Positions 18,752 through 28,532 of a DNA stretch of 64,000 nucleotides are shown piece by piece. The position numbers and the translations under genes are program-made. The DNA is from Pseudomonadales bacterium (lineage in GTDB: Bacteria; Pseudomonadota; Gammaproteobacteria; Pseudomonadales; UBA7434). The stretch is taken from assembly GCA_965263235.1 (NCBI GenBank), contig OZ253667.1, positions 1,617,796-1,681,795 of the forward strand, read 5' to 3'. Position 1 is the first letter of the stretch, and the number at the start of each line of letters is the position of its first letter. The notes beneath the pieces were generated by a model. It did no database searches. It was not told where the DNA came from and saw only the letters and a program-made list of their open reading frames with translations.

Positions 18752-21373
18752 GTGTTAGAAGCCTATCGCAAGCATGAGTCGGAGCGCGCCGCTCAAGGCA
18801 TTCCCGCTAAACCTTTGTCGCCAGCACAAGTTGCAGGTCTAATCGAATTGCTAAAAAATCCGCCTGCAGGCGAAGAGGCGTTTTTGGTCGACTTGATCGC
18901 GAATCGCGTGCCGCCCGGCGTGGACGAAGCCGCCTATGTTAAAGCTGGCTATCTATCGGCCATTGCAATGGGTGAAGAACAGTGTTCGCTTATCAATCGT
19001 GAATCGGCTGTTGAGATGCTCGGCAAGATGCTTGGCGGATACAACATCGCTACGCTCGTTAACTTGCTGGACGACTCAGAGCTTGCCGAGTTGGCTGCGA
19101 CGCAACTCAAAAAGACCTTGTTGATGTTCGATGCCTTTCATGACGTCGAGACGCTCGCAAAAGCAGGCAATAGCGCTGCTAAGTCGGTTATACAGTCCTG
19201 GGCCGACGCGGAGTGGTTTACTTCAAACGACGCGGTACCCGAATCGATAAAAATGACTGTGTTTAAAGTCACTGGCGAAACCAATACCGATGATTTGTCT
19301 CCCGCACCAGATGCGTGGAGCCGCCCCGATATACCGCTGCACGCACTGGCGATGTACAAGATGGAGCGTGACGGCATTAAGCCTGATAAGCAGGGTGAAA
19401 TCGGCCCTCTTCAAAAAATCGCTGAGCTCAAAGAAAAAGGCTTTCCGATTGCATTTGTCGGCGACGTAGTCGGTACGGGTTCTTCGCGAAAGTCCGCGAC
19501 CAACTCGGTCCTCTGGTACTTCGGCGAAGATATCGACGGCGTTCCAAACAAGCGCAGCGGTAGCGTATGTATCGGTGGCAAAGTCGCGCCGATTTTCTTT
19601 AACACAATGGAAGATGCTGGAGCGCTGGTGTTTGAAGCGCCAGTCGACAAGCTCGGCATGGGTGACGTTATCGAGATTCGTCCTTACGACGGGAAAATCC
19701 TGTCTGAGGGTGGCGAAGTTCTTTCGGAGTTTGAGTTCCGTTCTGACGTGATTCTCGATGAAGTTCAGGCGGATGGCCGGATTAACCTGATCATCGGGCG
19801 TGGCCTGACTGCACGCGCGCGTGAGTCGCTTGACCTGCCGGCGAGTGATTTATTCCGAGTGCCTGAGTCGCCAGAAGAATCAACCAAAGGCTTTACGCTG
19901 GCACAAAAAATGGTTGGACGCGCATGTGGCTTGCCTGAAGGGCAAGGCGTCCGTCCGGGCACCTATTGCGAACCTAAGATGACCACGGTCGGTTCGCAGG
20001 ATACAACTGGCCCTATGACGCGTGATGAGCTTCAGGATCTCGCTTGCCTTGGTTTCTCTGCGGACCTGGTGATGCAGTCATTCTGTCACACCGCAGCGTA
20101 TCCGAAGCCAGTTGATATCGAAACTCAGCACACCTTGCCCGATTTTATAATGACGCGCGGCGGTGTATCACTTAAACCGAAAGACGGAATTATTCATAGC
20201 TGGTTAAACCGAATGCTGCTTCCGGACACTGTGGGCACGGGTGGTGATTCCCATACGCGTTTCCCGATGGGGATTTCATTCCCAGCAGGTTCTGGATTGG
20301 TCGCCTTCGCAGCCGCCACTGGTGTAATGCCGTTAGATATGCCCGAGTCAGTGTTGGTACGTTTTAAAGGAGAAATGCAGCCCGGTGTGACATTGCGTGA
20401 CCTGGTCCATGCGATTCCGCTTTATGCTATAAAAGCGGGTTTGCTAACGGTAGAGAAAAAGGGCAAGAAAAATATTTTCTCTGGCCGCATTCTCGAAATC
20501 GAAGGGCTGGAAAACCTCACGGTTGAGCAAGCCTTTGAACTGTCTGACGCCTCCGCTGAACGTTCGGCAGCAGGTTGTACAATCAAGCTTTCTGAAGAGA
20601 CCATCGCCGAGTACTTACGCTCTAACATTACGATGCTGCGTTGGATGATCAGTGACAACTATGGTGACGTTAGAACGCTAGAACGTCGCGCGCAGAAAAT
20701 GGAAGAGTGGCTAGCCAACCCAGAACTACTTAGTGCAGATGCCGATGCAGAGTACTGCGAAGTTATCGAAATCGATATGAGCGAAATCGTTGAGCCAATC
20801 GTTTGCGCTCCTAACGATCCTGATGACGCCAGAACGCTTTCTGACGTTGCGGGTGATAGCGTGAATGAGGTGTTTATCGGCTCCTGCATGACCAATATCG
20901 GTCATTTCCGCGCTACCGGAGAGATGCTTAAGCAATACGAAGGAAACCTTTCTACACGCATGTGGATCGTTCCGCCGACGCGAATGGACGAAACCCAGCT
21001 TATTGAAGAAGGCTACTACAGCATCTACGGCAAAGTGGGCGCCCGAACTGAAATCCCTGGTTGTTCGCTATGTATGGGTAACCAGGCGCGAGTCGAAGAC
21101 GGTGCGACTGTTTTATCGACTTCAACCCGTAACTTCCCTAACCGGCTTGGAAACGGCGCAAATGTTTATCTCACCTCGGCCGAGCTCGCGTCAGTTGGCG
21201 CGATTCTAGGCAAAATCCCGACACGTGATGAATACATGGCGTTTGCCGATAAAATCGACAGCATGTCTGGCGATATTTTCCGCTACATGAACTTTGACCA
21301 GATGGATAGTTTCGTTAAAGGCGCCGAAAAAGGACTGGAAATTGCGGCGGTTCAAATTGAAGAAGTGAAATAA
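18752..21373 (+). CDS. acnB: aconitate hydratase B / 2-methylisocitrate dehydratase
   Basis: Starts VLEAYRKHESERAAQGIPAKPLSPAQVAGLIELLKNPPAGEE, which matches the AcnB N-terminus. The GTG at 18752 has GGAGA 6 nt upstream; the ORF-track start at 18689 adds 21 non-homologous residues. Fe-S Cys contexts IGSCMTN and CSLCMGNQA. Confidence 0.95.
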   Translation: MLEAYRKHESERAAQGIPAKPLSPAQVAGLIELLKNPPAGEEAFLVDLIANRVPPGVDEAAYVKAGYLSAIAMGEEQCSLINRESAVEMLGKMLGGYNIATLVNLLDDSELAELAATQLKKTLLMFDAFHDVETLAKAGNSAAKSVIQSWADAEWFTSNDAVPESIKMTVFKVTGETNTDDLSPAPDAWSRPDIPLHALAMYKMERDGIKPDKQGEIGPLQKIAELKEKGFPIAFVGDVVGTGSSRKSATNSVLWYFGEDIDGVPNKRSGSVCIGGKVAPIFFNTMEDAGALVFEAPVDKLGMGDVIEIRPYDGKILSEGGEVLSEFEFRSDVILDEVQADGRINLIIGRGLTARARESLDLPASDLFRVPESPEESTKGFTLAQKMVGRACGLPEGQGVRPGTYCEPKMTTVGSQDTTGPMTRDELQDLACLGFSADLVMQSFCHTAAYPKPVDIETQHTLPDFIMTRGGVSLKPKDGIIHSWLNRMLLPDTVGTGGDSHTRFPMGISFPAGSGLVAFAAATGVMPLDMPESVLVRFKGEMQPGVTLRDLVHAIPLYAIKAGLLTVEKKGKKNIFSGRILEIEGLENLTVEQAFELSDASAERSAAGCTIKLSEETIAEYLRSNITMLRWMISDNYGDVRTLERRAQKMEEWLANPELLSADADAEYCEVIEIDMSEIVEPIVCAPNDPDDARTLSDVAGDSVNEVFIGSCMTNIGHFRATGEMLKQYEGNLSTRMWIVPPTRMDETQLIEEGYYSIYGKVGARTEIPGCSLCMGNQARVEDGATVLSTSTRNFPNRLGNGANVYLTSAELASVGAILGKIPTRDEYMAFADKIDSMSGDIFRYMNFDQMDSFVKGAEKGLEIAAVQIEEVK

Positions 21374-21399
21374 ACGAGCGGTATTTTATCTTTGAGGAA

Positions 21400-21429
21400 G
21401 CGGCTCACCTACTGAGCCGCTTTTTTTTC
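21400..21429 (+). terminator. rho-independent terminator of acnB
   Basis: GCGGCTCA-CCTAC-TGAGCCGC stem-loop (8 bp) followed by T8. Confidence 0.85.
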
Positions 21430-21493
21430 GCCCGTATCTTGCAAGGTAAGACCTTTCGATCATATATTGACGTGACGGAACAGCCTTGCCCGT

Positions 21494-21523
21494 TTGCAAA
21501 ACGATAATCACTCAAGTTATACT
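21494..21523 (+). promoter_or_regulatory. candidate sigma-70 promoter for the SDR gene at 21646
   Basis: TTGCAA (21494-21499), an 18-nt spacer, then TATACT (21518-21523). Located after the acnB terminator, leaving a ~115-nt leader. Confidence 0.35.
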
Positions 21524-21645
21524 GGTCAGTGTAACTTTCGGCAAGACGTTCATTGCCACCTTAAGCATGCCTGAGTGAGCCCGCCCGTTGTAGTGGGGGA
21601 GTTACATTCAATTAACTGACTCTACGAAAGAGGGTATTAAGACCT

Positions 21646-22575
21646 ATGAGCAAAGAAAATTGGGACTTAAATGATATGCCGGGCCTGGAAGGCAAGGTAG
21701 CTATCGTGACCGGTTCAAACGTTGGCCTTGGATTAAATAGTGTTAAAGCGCTTGCGTCTAAAGGTGCGCAAGTCGTAATGGCCTGTCGTAACCTCAGCAA
21801 GGCGGAAGCCGCACTAAAAGAGGTGCTGGCAGAGCAGCCAAATGCAAAAGTTGAAGTAATGCAGCTCGACAACGCGAGCCAGGCTTCGGTTAAGGCGTTC
21901 GCCGATGCGTTTAAAGCTAAGTACGATCAGCTTGATATTCTTATGAATAACGCTGGAGTTATGGCGATTCCTCGCCAGCTAACTGAAGATGGTTTCGAAA
22001 TGCAGTTGGGCACTAACCATCTAGGCCACTTTGCATTAACAGGCCATTTAAATGAGCTGCTCGCCAAAACACCTGGTTCGCGCGTTCATTGCACGTCGAG
22101 CAGTGCGGCATTTAATGCCAAGTTAAATCTGGACGATTTGATGGGCGAGAAAAAGTATGGTCGCTGGACTGCATATGGCCAAAGTAAGTTGGCCAACGCA
22201 GCATTCGCGACAGAGTTGAACCGACGCTTTAAGGCGGCTGGGCAGGATACGATTGCCAACTCATCTCATCCTGGATTGGTAATGGGGAATCTGCAAACTG
22301 AAAGCTTATCGCAGTCAGACTCTCCACTTATGGAAAGAATTGCCTACAAAGTGTTTGGTAAGCTGATTGCGCAAGATGTTTCTATGGGTATGTTGCCGCA
22401 ACTTTACGGTGCTACCGCAACGGACGCAAAAGGAGGCGTATTCTATGGACCTAAAAAGCGCCGCCTGACAGGGCATCCCGGCGAACAACAATGTAACAAA
22501 GTGCTTGATGATGCTGCGGTGTTAAAAAGTTTCTGGGAAGCTTCAGAAAAGTTAACAGGCGTCTCGTACTTATAG
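21646..22575 (+). CDS. SDR-family oxidoreductase (retinol-dehydrogenase/WW-oxidoreductase-like)
   Basis: 309 aa with TGSNVGLGLN, NNAGVM and YGQSKLAN (YxxxK). Confidence 0.8.
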   Translation: MSKENWDLNDMPGLEGKVAIVTGSNVGLGLNSVKALASKGAQVVMACRNLSKAEAALKEVLAEQPNAKVEVMQLDNASQASVKAFADAFKAKYDQLDILMNNAGVMAIPRQLTEDGFEMQLGTNHLGHFALTGHLNELLAKTPGSRVHCTSSSAAFNAKLNLDDLMGEKKYGRWTAYGQSKLANAAFATELNRRFKAAGQDTIANSSHPGLVMGNLQTESLSQSDSPLMERIAYKVFGKLIAQDVSMGMLPQLYGATATDAKGGVFYGPKKRRLTGHPGEQQCNKVLDDAAVLKSFWEASEKLTGVSYL

Positions 22576-22595
22576 CCTTATTGTTTTTGTTAGAA

Positions 22596-22630
22596 CCTGG
22601 CTTTGGCAGTCGTTGACTATTAAAGCCAGG
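22596..22630. other. hairpin between convergent genes (possible terminator, no clear U-tract)
   Basis: CCTGGCTTT (22596-22604) and AAAGCCAGG (22622-22630) form 9-bp arms with a 17-nt loop. Confidence 0.3.
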
Positions 22631-22652
22631 TGTTAGCTACCAACATCAGCTT

Positions 22653-23480
22653 CTAACGCAAGCGTCTTTCCAGTTCTGTCTTGGCGAGAATACGGGTAGA
22701 TATTTCTTCGACGGACGCATTTGTGGTGTTGATCCATGGAACACCAAAACGCTGTAATAGCGCTTCTGTTTCCCTTACTTCCATAGCACACTGCTGGATA
22801 GAGGCGTAACGACTATTTGACAGTCGTTCCTGTCGAATAGAGACCAGGCGATTAGCGTCGATTGTCAGGCCAAATAGCTTGTTGCGATATTCATCCAGTG
22901 CTTTGGGCAAACGACCATCTTCCAGATCTTCTTCAGTTATCGGGTAGTTTGCGCAAAAAATTCCAAACTGCATCGCTAGATACAAACTTGTTGGCGTTTT
23001 GCCCGACCGTGAAACCCCTATAAGAATAATATCAGCTTGCGAATATTTTCTTGTCATACCACCGTCATCATTTTCTAACGCAAAATGTACGGCGTCCATT
23101 CGTCGACTATAGTCGTGGTCGGCTGTCGCTACTTTTGTTCTTCCTATCTGGTGGTTCCCTTTACAGCCCAGCGCTTTTTCGAGTGGTTTCATGAAAGTGT
23201 TGAGCACGTCGACATAAAAGCCGTTCGATGCCTGCAGCATCTCTGACAGTGTCTTATTCATTAGCGAGACAAACACAATCGGTGCAGCGCCATCTTTTTC
23301 GGCTGCCTCGTTTATTTCATTGACAACTTTAGCGGTTTTTTCTTCGCTATCCGTATAGGGAAGTACGCGACGCTCGAATTCGATATCAGGGAAATGAATT
23401 AACAAGCTGTCGCCGACCACTTCAGCGGTGATACCAGTACTGTCTGAGATAAAAAATGCGGAGCGTTTTTCTACAGTCAT
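22653..23480 (-). CDS. ppsR: PEP synthase regulatory protein (bifunctional kinase/pyrophosphorylase, DUF299)
   Basis: 275 aa. AFFISDSTGITAE, P-loop-like GVSRSGKTPTS, and the conserved divergent position next to ppsA. Confidence 0.9.
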   Translation of the reverse strand: MTVEKRSAFFISDSTGITAEVVGDSLLIHFPDIEFERRVLPYTDSEEKTAKVVNEINEAAEKDGAAPIVFVSLMNKTLSEMLQASNGFYVDVLNTFMKPLEKALGCKGNHQIGRTKVATADHDYSRRMDAVHFALENDDGGMTRKYSQADIILIGVSRSGKTPTSLYLAMQFGIFCANYPITEEDLEDGRLPKALDEYRNKLFGLTIDANRLVSIRQERLSNSRYASIQQCAMEVRETEALLQRFGVPWINTTNASVEEISTRILAKTELERRLR

Positions 23481-23670
23481 AAGCTGCCTTTAGGTAGATT
23501 TTTTTAACGGTTTGGGCCAATTCGTTAAGAATATACGCCCAATTTTCGCGTAAGACTCTTATAATGCTGGCCCCGACCTGAACGCACACTTGGTCGCGCA
23601 CATTGAGACCACTCTAATATAACGCAAAGCGTTTTTAAAAAGCATACTAGGAATACACGAGGATAGTCAC

Positions 23671-26037
23671 TTGTCTGAGCAAGTTGTTTGGTTTAACGAA
23701 CTAAAAATGTCTGATGTCGAAAGAGTAGGCGGCAAAAATGCTTCTCTGGGCGAGATGATTAGTAGTCTGCACAACAAGGGTGTTTCCGTACCTAATGGTT
23801 TTGCAACGACGGCAGATGCTTACCGTCAGTTCATCGCGCATCAAGGCCTTGACGAAAGAATTCGAGACTCACTTGCAACACTTGATGTCGATGACGTGGT
23901 CACCCTGGCGAAAACGGGTAAGCAAATTCGTCAGTGGATTTTAGAAACGCCATTTCCAGAAGCACTTGAAGCAGCAATACGCTCGGCGTTTAGTGAGTTA
24001 CAGGACGGTAACGACAACCTGAGCGTAGCCGTACGTTCCTCGGCGACTGCAGAGGATCTTCCCGATGCTTCTTTTGCCGGACAACAGGAAACGTTTTTGA
24101 ATATTAAGGGTATCGATAACGTGATCATTGCGGTTAAAGAGGTTTTTGCTTCTTTATTTAATGATCGCGCCATTGCTTATCGCGTGCATAAAGGATTTGA
24201 TCACTCAGGCGTTGCGCTCAGCGCGGGTATCCAGCGTATGGTTCGTTCAGAAACCGGCAGCGCGGGTGTGATGTTTTCGTTAGATACCGAGAGTGGTTTT
24301 AACGGCGTGGTTTTTGTGACTAGCTCTTACGGTTTGGGTGAGACGGTCGTCCAAGGCTCGGTTAACCCGGATGAGTTTTATGTTTCAAAGCGCGCTTTAG
24401 CCGAAGGTAAGCATCCAATCTTAAGACGCAACCTCGGAACAAAAGCAATAAAAATGATTTATGGCGCAAAAGCCGAAACCGGTATCTCGGTTGAGACAGT
24501 AGATGTCGATAGTGAAGATACGCGTCGTTTTTCGTTAGCCGAGAATGAAGTGATCGAGCTGGCAAAACAGGCTGTCATTATCGAGCAGCATTACCAGCGT
24601 CCTATGGATATTGAATGGGCGAAAGACGGCGATACGGGTGATCTCTACATTGTGCAAGCTCGCCCAGAGACCGTAAAAAGTCGCCAGCAATCAAATACGA
24701 TAGAACGTTACCTGCTTAACGAAAAGGCTGACGTTTTGTGTGAGGGTCGCAGCATCGGCCAGCGTATCGGAGCGGGGCCAGTGCGTAATATCAGTGACAT
24801 TAGCCAGATGGATCAGGTTAACCCTGGTGATGTACTTGTTACCGATATGACCGACCCAGATTGGGAACCGGTGATGAAGCGAGCTTCGGCTATTGTTACG
24901 AACCGAGGTGGGCGAACCTGTCATGCCGCGATCATTGCACGGGAGCTAGGTATTCCCGCTGTCGTCGGTTGTGTTGATGCGACTGATAACCTCTCAACCG
25001 GGCAAAAAGTAACTGTGTCCTGTGCAGAAGGCGATACAGGCTTTATTTATGACGGGCAACTGGATTTTGACGTTAAGACTAGCGATATCGGCAATATGCC
25101 TGAACTGCCGTTCAAAATCATGATGAACGTTGGTAATCCCGATAGGGCGTTTACCTTCCAAAGTATTCCAAATGCGGGAGTTGGCCTTGCGAGATTAGAG
25201 TTTATTATTAATCGCATGATTGGCATTCATCCTAAAGCGCTTATTGAATACGATCAGCAGTCTTCGGATCTAAAAGCAAGTATCGATCGTTTTGTCGCTG
25301 GCTATGAAAACCCGGTCGAGTTTTACGTTGAAAAACTGGTCGAAGGCATTGCCTGTATTGCGGAAGCATTCTATCCCCAGCAGGTTATCGTTAGAATGTC
25401 AGACTTTAAATCTAACGAGTACGCACATTTGTTGGGTGGTTCAGGTTATGAACCCCACGAAGAAAATCCGATGATTGGTTATCGCGGCGCATCACGCTAT
25501 ATAACGCGCAGTTTTCAGGAATGCTTTGAGCTTGAATGCAAGGCATTGAAGAAAGTTAGAAACGAAATGGGCTTAACCAATGTCGCAGTTATGATTCCGT
25601 TTGTAAGAACAGTAGATGAAGCCCGTCAGGTGATCGACTTACTTGCGCAAAATGGATTAAAGCGTGGCGAAAATGATTTGCGTCTGATTATGATGTGTGA
25701 GTTGCCCTCAAATGCCTTGCTTGCAGATCAGTTCCTGGAATACTTTGATGGCTTTTCGATTGGTTCTAACGATTTAACCCAGCTAACGCTTGGACTTGAT
25801 CGGGATTCCGGGCTTATCTCGCACTTGTTCGACGAGCGTAACGACGCGGTTAAAAAGCTTTTAGCCATGGCGATTCAGGCATGTAAAGCTCAAAACAAGT
25901 ACATTGGTATTTGTGGCCAGGGGCCTTCAGACCACCCTGATTTGGCGCGGTGGTTAATGGAGCAAGAGATAGACAGTATCTCGCTTAACCCAGACTCCGT
26001 GCTTGATACCTGGTTGTTTTTAGCCGAGAACAGCTAA
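23671..26037 (+). CDS. ppsA: phosphoenolpyruvate synthase
   Basis: 788 aa. [11 protein letters not shown], phosphohistidine swivel [18 protein letters not shown]-terminal TIM-barrel motifs [10 protein letters not shown] and CGQ. TTG start with GAGGA upstream. Confidence 0.95.
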   Translation: MSEQVVWFNELKMSDVERVGGKNASLGEMISSLHNKGVSVPNGFATTADAYRQFIAHQGLDERIRDSLATLDVDDVVTLAKTGKQIRQWILETPFPEALEAAIRSAFSELQDGNDNLSVAVRSSATAEDLPDASFAGQQETFLNIKGIDNVIIAVKEVFASLFNDRAIAYRVHKGFDHSGVALSAGIQRMVRSETGSAGVMFSLDTESGFNGVVFVTSSYGLGETVVQGSVNPDEFYVSKRALAEGKHPILRRNLGTKAIKMIYGAKAETGISVETVDVDSEDTRRFSLAENEVIELAKQAVIIEQHYQRPMDIEWAKDGDTGDLYIVQARPETVKSRQQSNTIERYLLNEKADVLCEGRSIGQRIGAGPVRNISDISQMDQVNPGDVLVTDMTDPDWEPVMKRASAIVTNRGGRTCHAAIIARELGIPAVVGCVDATDNLSTGQKVTVSCAEGDTGFIYDGQLDFDVKTSDIGNMPELPFKIMMNVGNPDRAFTFQSIPNAGVGLARLEFIINRMIGIHPKALIEYDQQSSDLKASIDRFVAGYENPVEFYVEKLVEGIACIAEAFYPQQVIVRMSDFKSNEYAHLLGGSGYEPHEENPMIGYRGASRYITRSFQECFELECKALKKVRNEMGLTNVAVMIPFVRTVDEARQVIDLLAQNGLKRGENDLRLIMMCELPSNALLADQFLEYFDGFSIGSNDLTQLTLGLDRDSGLISHLFDERNDAVKKLLAMAIQACKAQNKYIGICGQGPSDHPDLARWLMEQEIDSISLNPDSVLDTWLFLAENS

Positions 26038-26098
26038 TTCGATTGACTATGTGAGTAAGTTAGGGCGGCGCTCGTATGGCTGCCTTAAACCCTGCTGT

Positions 26099-28069
26099 TT
26101 ATTGATCCGTCGCAGTGGCTTGTTCAGGAGTCACTTCAGGCGTATCTTGTTGTACCGGGTTTTCGCTTGCATCCAGCTCCGGCAAGATTATCTCGTTCTT
26201 ATCTCGTCTTAACAAGCTAGCATCCTGCTGCTGCAACGCTCGAATTGTGTCATAACTCTCTCGCGTAATTTCAGCGCCACTATTCTCGTCATTGAGAATC
26301 GTTGGCTGAACAAAAACCATTAGATTTTGCTTGCGGACGGTTTCCGAGGTGCCGCGGAATAACCGTCCAACCAGTGGGATATCGCCCAGTATGGGCACCT
26401 TGCTGTGGGTTTCACTTACCCGATCTTCTAGCAAACCGCCGAGTACCAATATCTCCTGGTCGTTCAGTAGAACCTGGGTTTTGATACTGCGTTTGTCGGT
26501 TACAAGGTCACTGGCGTTTTCTACGGCTTCTTCGCGCACAGATTCAACTTCTTGTTCAATGTCAAGCGTAAGCGTTTGATTTTTATTGATTTTAGGGGTG
26601 ATTCTTAAAGTAATTCCTATATCCTGGCGTTCGATAGTTTGAAATGGGTTGGTAAGCGTTGAGCCTTCACTAACCCGGCTGCCGGTAACGAAAGGAACAT
26701 TGCTGCCGACCAACACTTCGGCTTCTTCGTTGTCCAGCGTAATGATGCTCGGGCGAGACAATATATTGTTGTTGCTATCAGTCTCTATTGCGCGGAACAG
26801 CGCGCGCAACGAACCGTTGCGATAAAAGCCCCAGTTGAAGCCTCCTTGAATAAAAGCTGCGCCCGGGTCATCGGAGGCTGCTAATCCTACAGTGGTTGAG
26901 CTGGCTAAATTCGCAGTAGAAATAGCCGCATTAGGATTAGCGTCGCCGGTATTATTCGTCGCCCATAGTATTTCGGTATCCCGGCTGAAGGTATCGCTGA
27001 CTTCAACAATCAAAGCTTCGATTTGAACCTGGGAACGACGAATGTCCAGGTCGGCGATCACACTTTCTATCGACTCGATAATGGTAGGGGGTGCAGACAC
27101 AATTAACGCATTTGTCGTTTCGGACACTGCGATATTGACCGCTTCAGCGGTTAGCGTGGCGTCCTTTTCTTCCGAAATAATCGTTCCAGTGATCGATTCC
27201 AGAATAGCGGCTACTTCTGCTGCCTCAATGTAGTTGAGGTGGATTACTTTGGTATTGCCTGTGCCCTGTAATGGCCGGTCTAAATTTTCGATAAGGCGGC
27301 GGACGTCGTGACGGCTTTCTTTAGGGCCTGTCATAAGTATGCTGTTAGAGCGATCATCACTTGCAAACTGTACGGTATTTTTAGAACCGCTTGCACCACC
27401 ACCGCGACCGATCAACGGCGAGATTACGGTAACAACGTCTTTTGCCGTCGCGTATTTCAAGGACACAACCTCGACATCAATTTCACCGGAGGCATCGATT
27501 TGTTGTATCAGTGCGGTTAGTCGATGAATGTTGTTTGCCCGATCAGCGATGATAATGCTGTTGTTACTAGGGAAGGAGGCTAAGTGGCCCGTTTGGGGAA
27601 CAAGCGGCCGTAGAATAGAGACGATCTCGTTGGCCGACAGGTTTTCGACGCTAAGTACGTGTAATACAAGCTCCGCGTTCGCGTTTTCTTTGGAAAACTG
27701 TTCCACCAACGGCAGCCCGGCGGAGCGCGCCTGAGCGTTAGGAATTACCTTCACGTTGTTCCCGGACTCGACCACTGCAAAGCCATAGACATCCAGCGCG
27801 GTTAGAAAAACCTCCTGCGCTTCTGCAAAGGTCATCTCCTGGTTGGATAACACTGACAGACGGCCTTTTACGCGGGGATCGATAATGTAGTTTTTCTGTG
27901 TTTGCTCGGCAATCCAGGCAATGACATCGCGAATGTCCGCCTTATTCATGTTAATCCGAACCATTTCGTCATCGGCCGTTTGCCCATGCGCTGTGGGCAT
28001 TAGCAAACTCGCTAACGAAAGATAGATACCAAGATAGAATGTTCGAAAAAGGAAGCTACGAGATGCCAT
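26099..28069 (-). CDS. gspD: type II secretion system secretin (GspD family), orphan
   Basis: 656 aa. Signal peptide, an N0 domain (INMNKADIRDVIAWIAEQTQKNYIIDPRVKG), repeated N1-N3-like domains, and a secretin core (LGGLL...VPILGDIPLVGRLF). No other gsp gene in the window. Confidence 0.85.
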   Translation of the reverse strand: MASRSFLFRTFYLGIYLSLASLLMPTAHGQTADDEMVRINMNKADIRDVIAWIAEQTQKNYIIDPRVKGRLSVLSNQEMTFAEAQEVFLTALDVYGFAVVESGNNVKVIPNAQARSAGLPLVEQFSKENANAELVLHVLSVENLSANEIVSILRPLVPQTGHLASFPSNNSIIIADRANNIHRLTALIQQIDASGEIDVEVVSLKYATAKDVVTVISPLIGRGGGASGSKNTVQFASDDRSNSILMTGPKESRHDVRRLIENLDRPLQGTGNTKVIHLNYIEAAEVAAILESITGTIISEEKDATLTAEAVNIAVSETTNALIVSAPPTIIESIESVIADLDIRRSQVQIEALIVEVSDTFSRDTEILWATNNTGDANPNAAISTANLASSTTVGLAASDDPGAAFIQGGFNWGFYRNGSLRALFRAIETDSNNNILSRPSIITLDNEEAEVLVGSNVPFVTGSRVSEGSTLTNPFQTIERQDIGITLRITPKINKNQTLTLDIEQEVESVREEAVENASDLVTDKRSIKTQVLLNDQEILVLGGLLEDRVSETHSKVPILGDIPLVGRLFRGTSETVRKQNLMVFVQPTILNDENSGAEITRESYDTIRALQQQDASLLRRDKNEIILPELDASENPVQQDTPEVTPEQATATDQ

Positions 28070-28532
28070 TCAGTGAAATACCGACGTCGCCTTAAATTTA
28101 TTGATTCCGATCACGGGAAAATCGTTGCCTATTCTGAACCCAAGCGTTGCAGGTGGTTCCGCTACTAATTCAAGAAGCCCATCTGCCCGCCATACCGTTG
28201 TGCCACTACTCGTATGGGTAATCATTCAACAGGCGCATGAAATTCTTGCTAAACAACGGCTTATGTCAATTAACTCAATTGTAGCGTGAATTGGCAAAAG
28301 ATATATGTCTGTGGGTTTAATTCGCGCAATATGGCCGGAATAGGGGCGACGGCACTGTAGATGACAATATCAATTGCGGGATTTATCGCTCCTGGTGAGT
28401 AAATCACCGCTCGAACCGGCTCACATCCAACAATAGTGTGCTCCAATTATCGAATAAGAAGATCTCTTACCCAGAAAAAAGAGGCATTCGCTATGGTTAG
28501 AGGATACTAGGCGAAAAATATACTCCTGCTCG

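Noticed and set aside
28070-28532. Possible c-di-GMP (GEMM) riboswitch or small protein in the long gspD / GGDEF-EAL intergenic region.
   Set aside because: I read both strands and found no GEMM-like conserved core (paired hairpins with a GNRA loop and receptor, ACGCAAAGC-type segment). The 62-aa and 74-aa ORFs there lack an RBS and overlap the promoter regions. The question remains open pending an Rfam scan.
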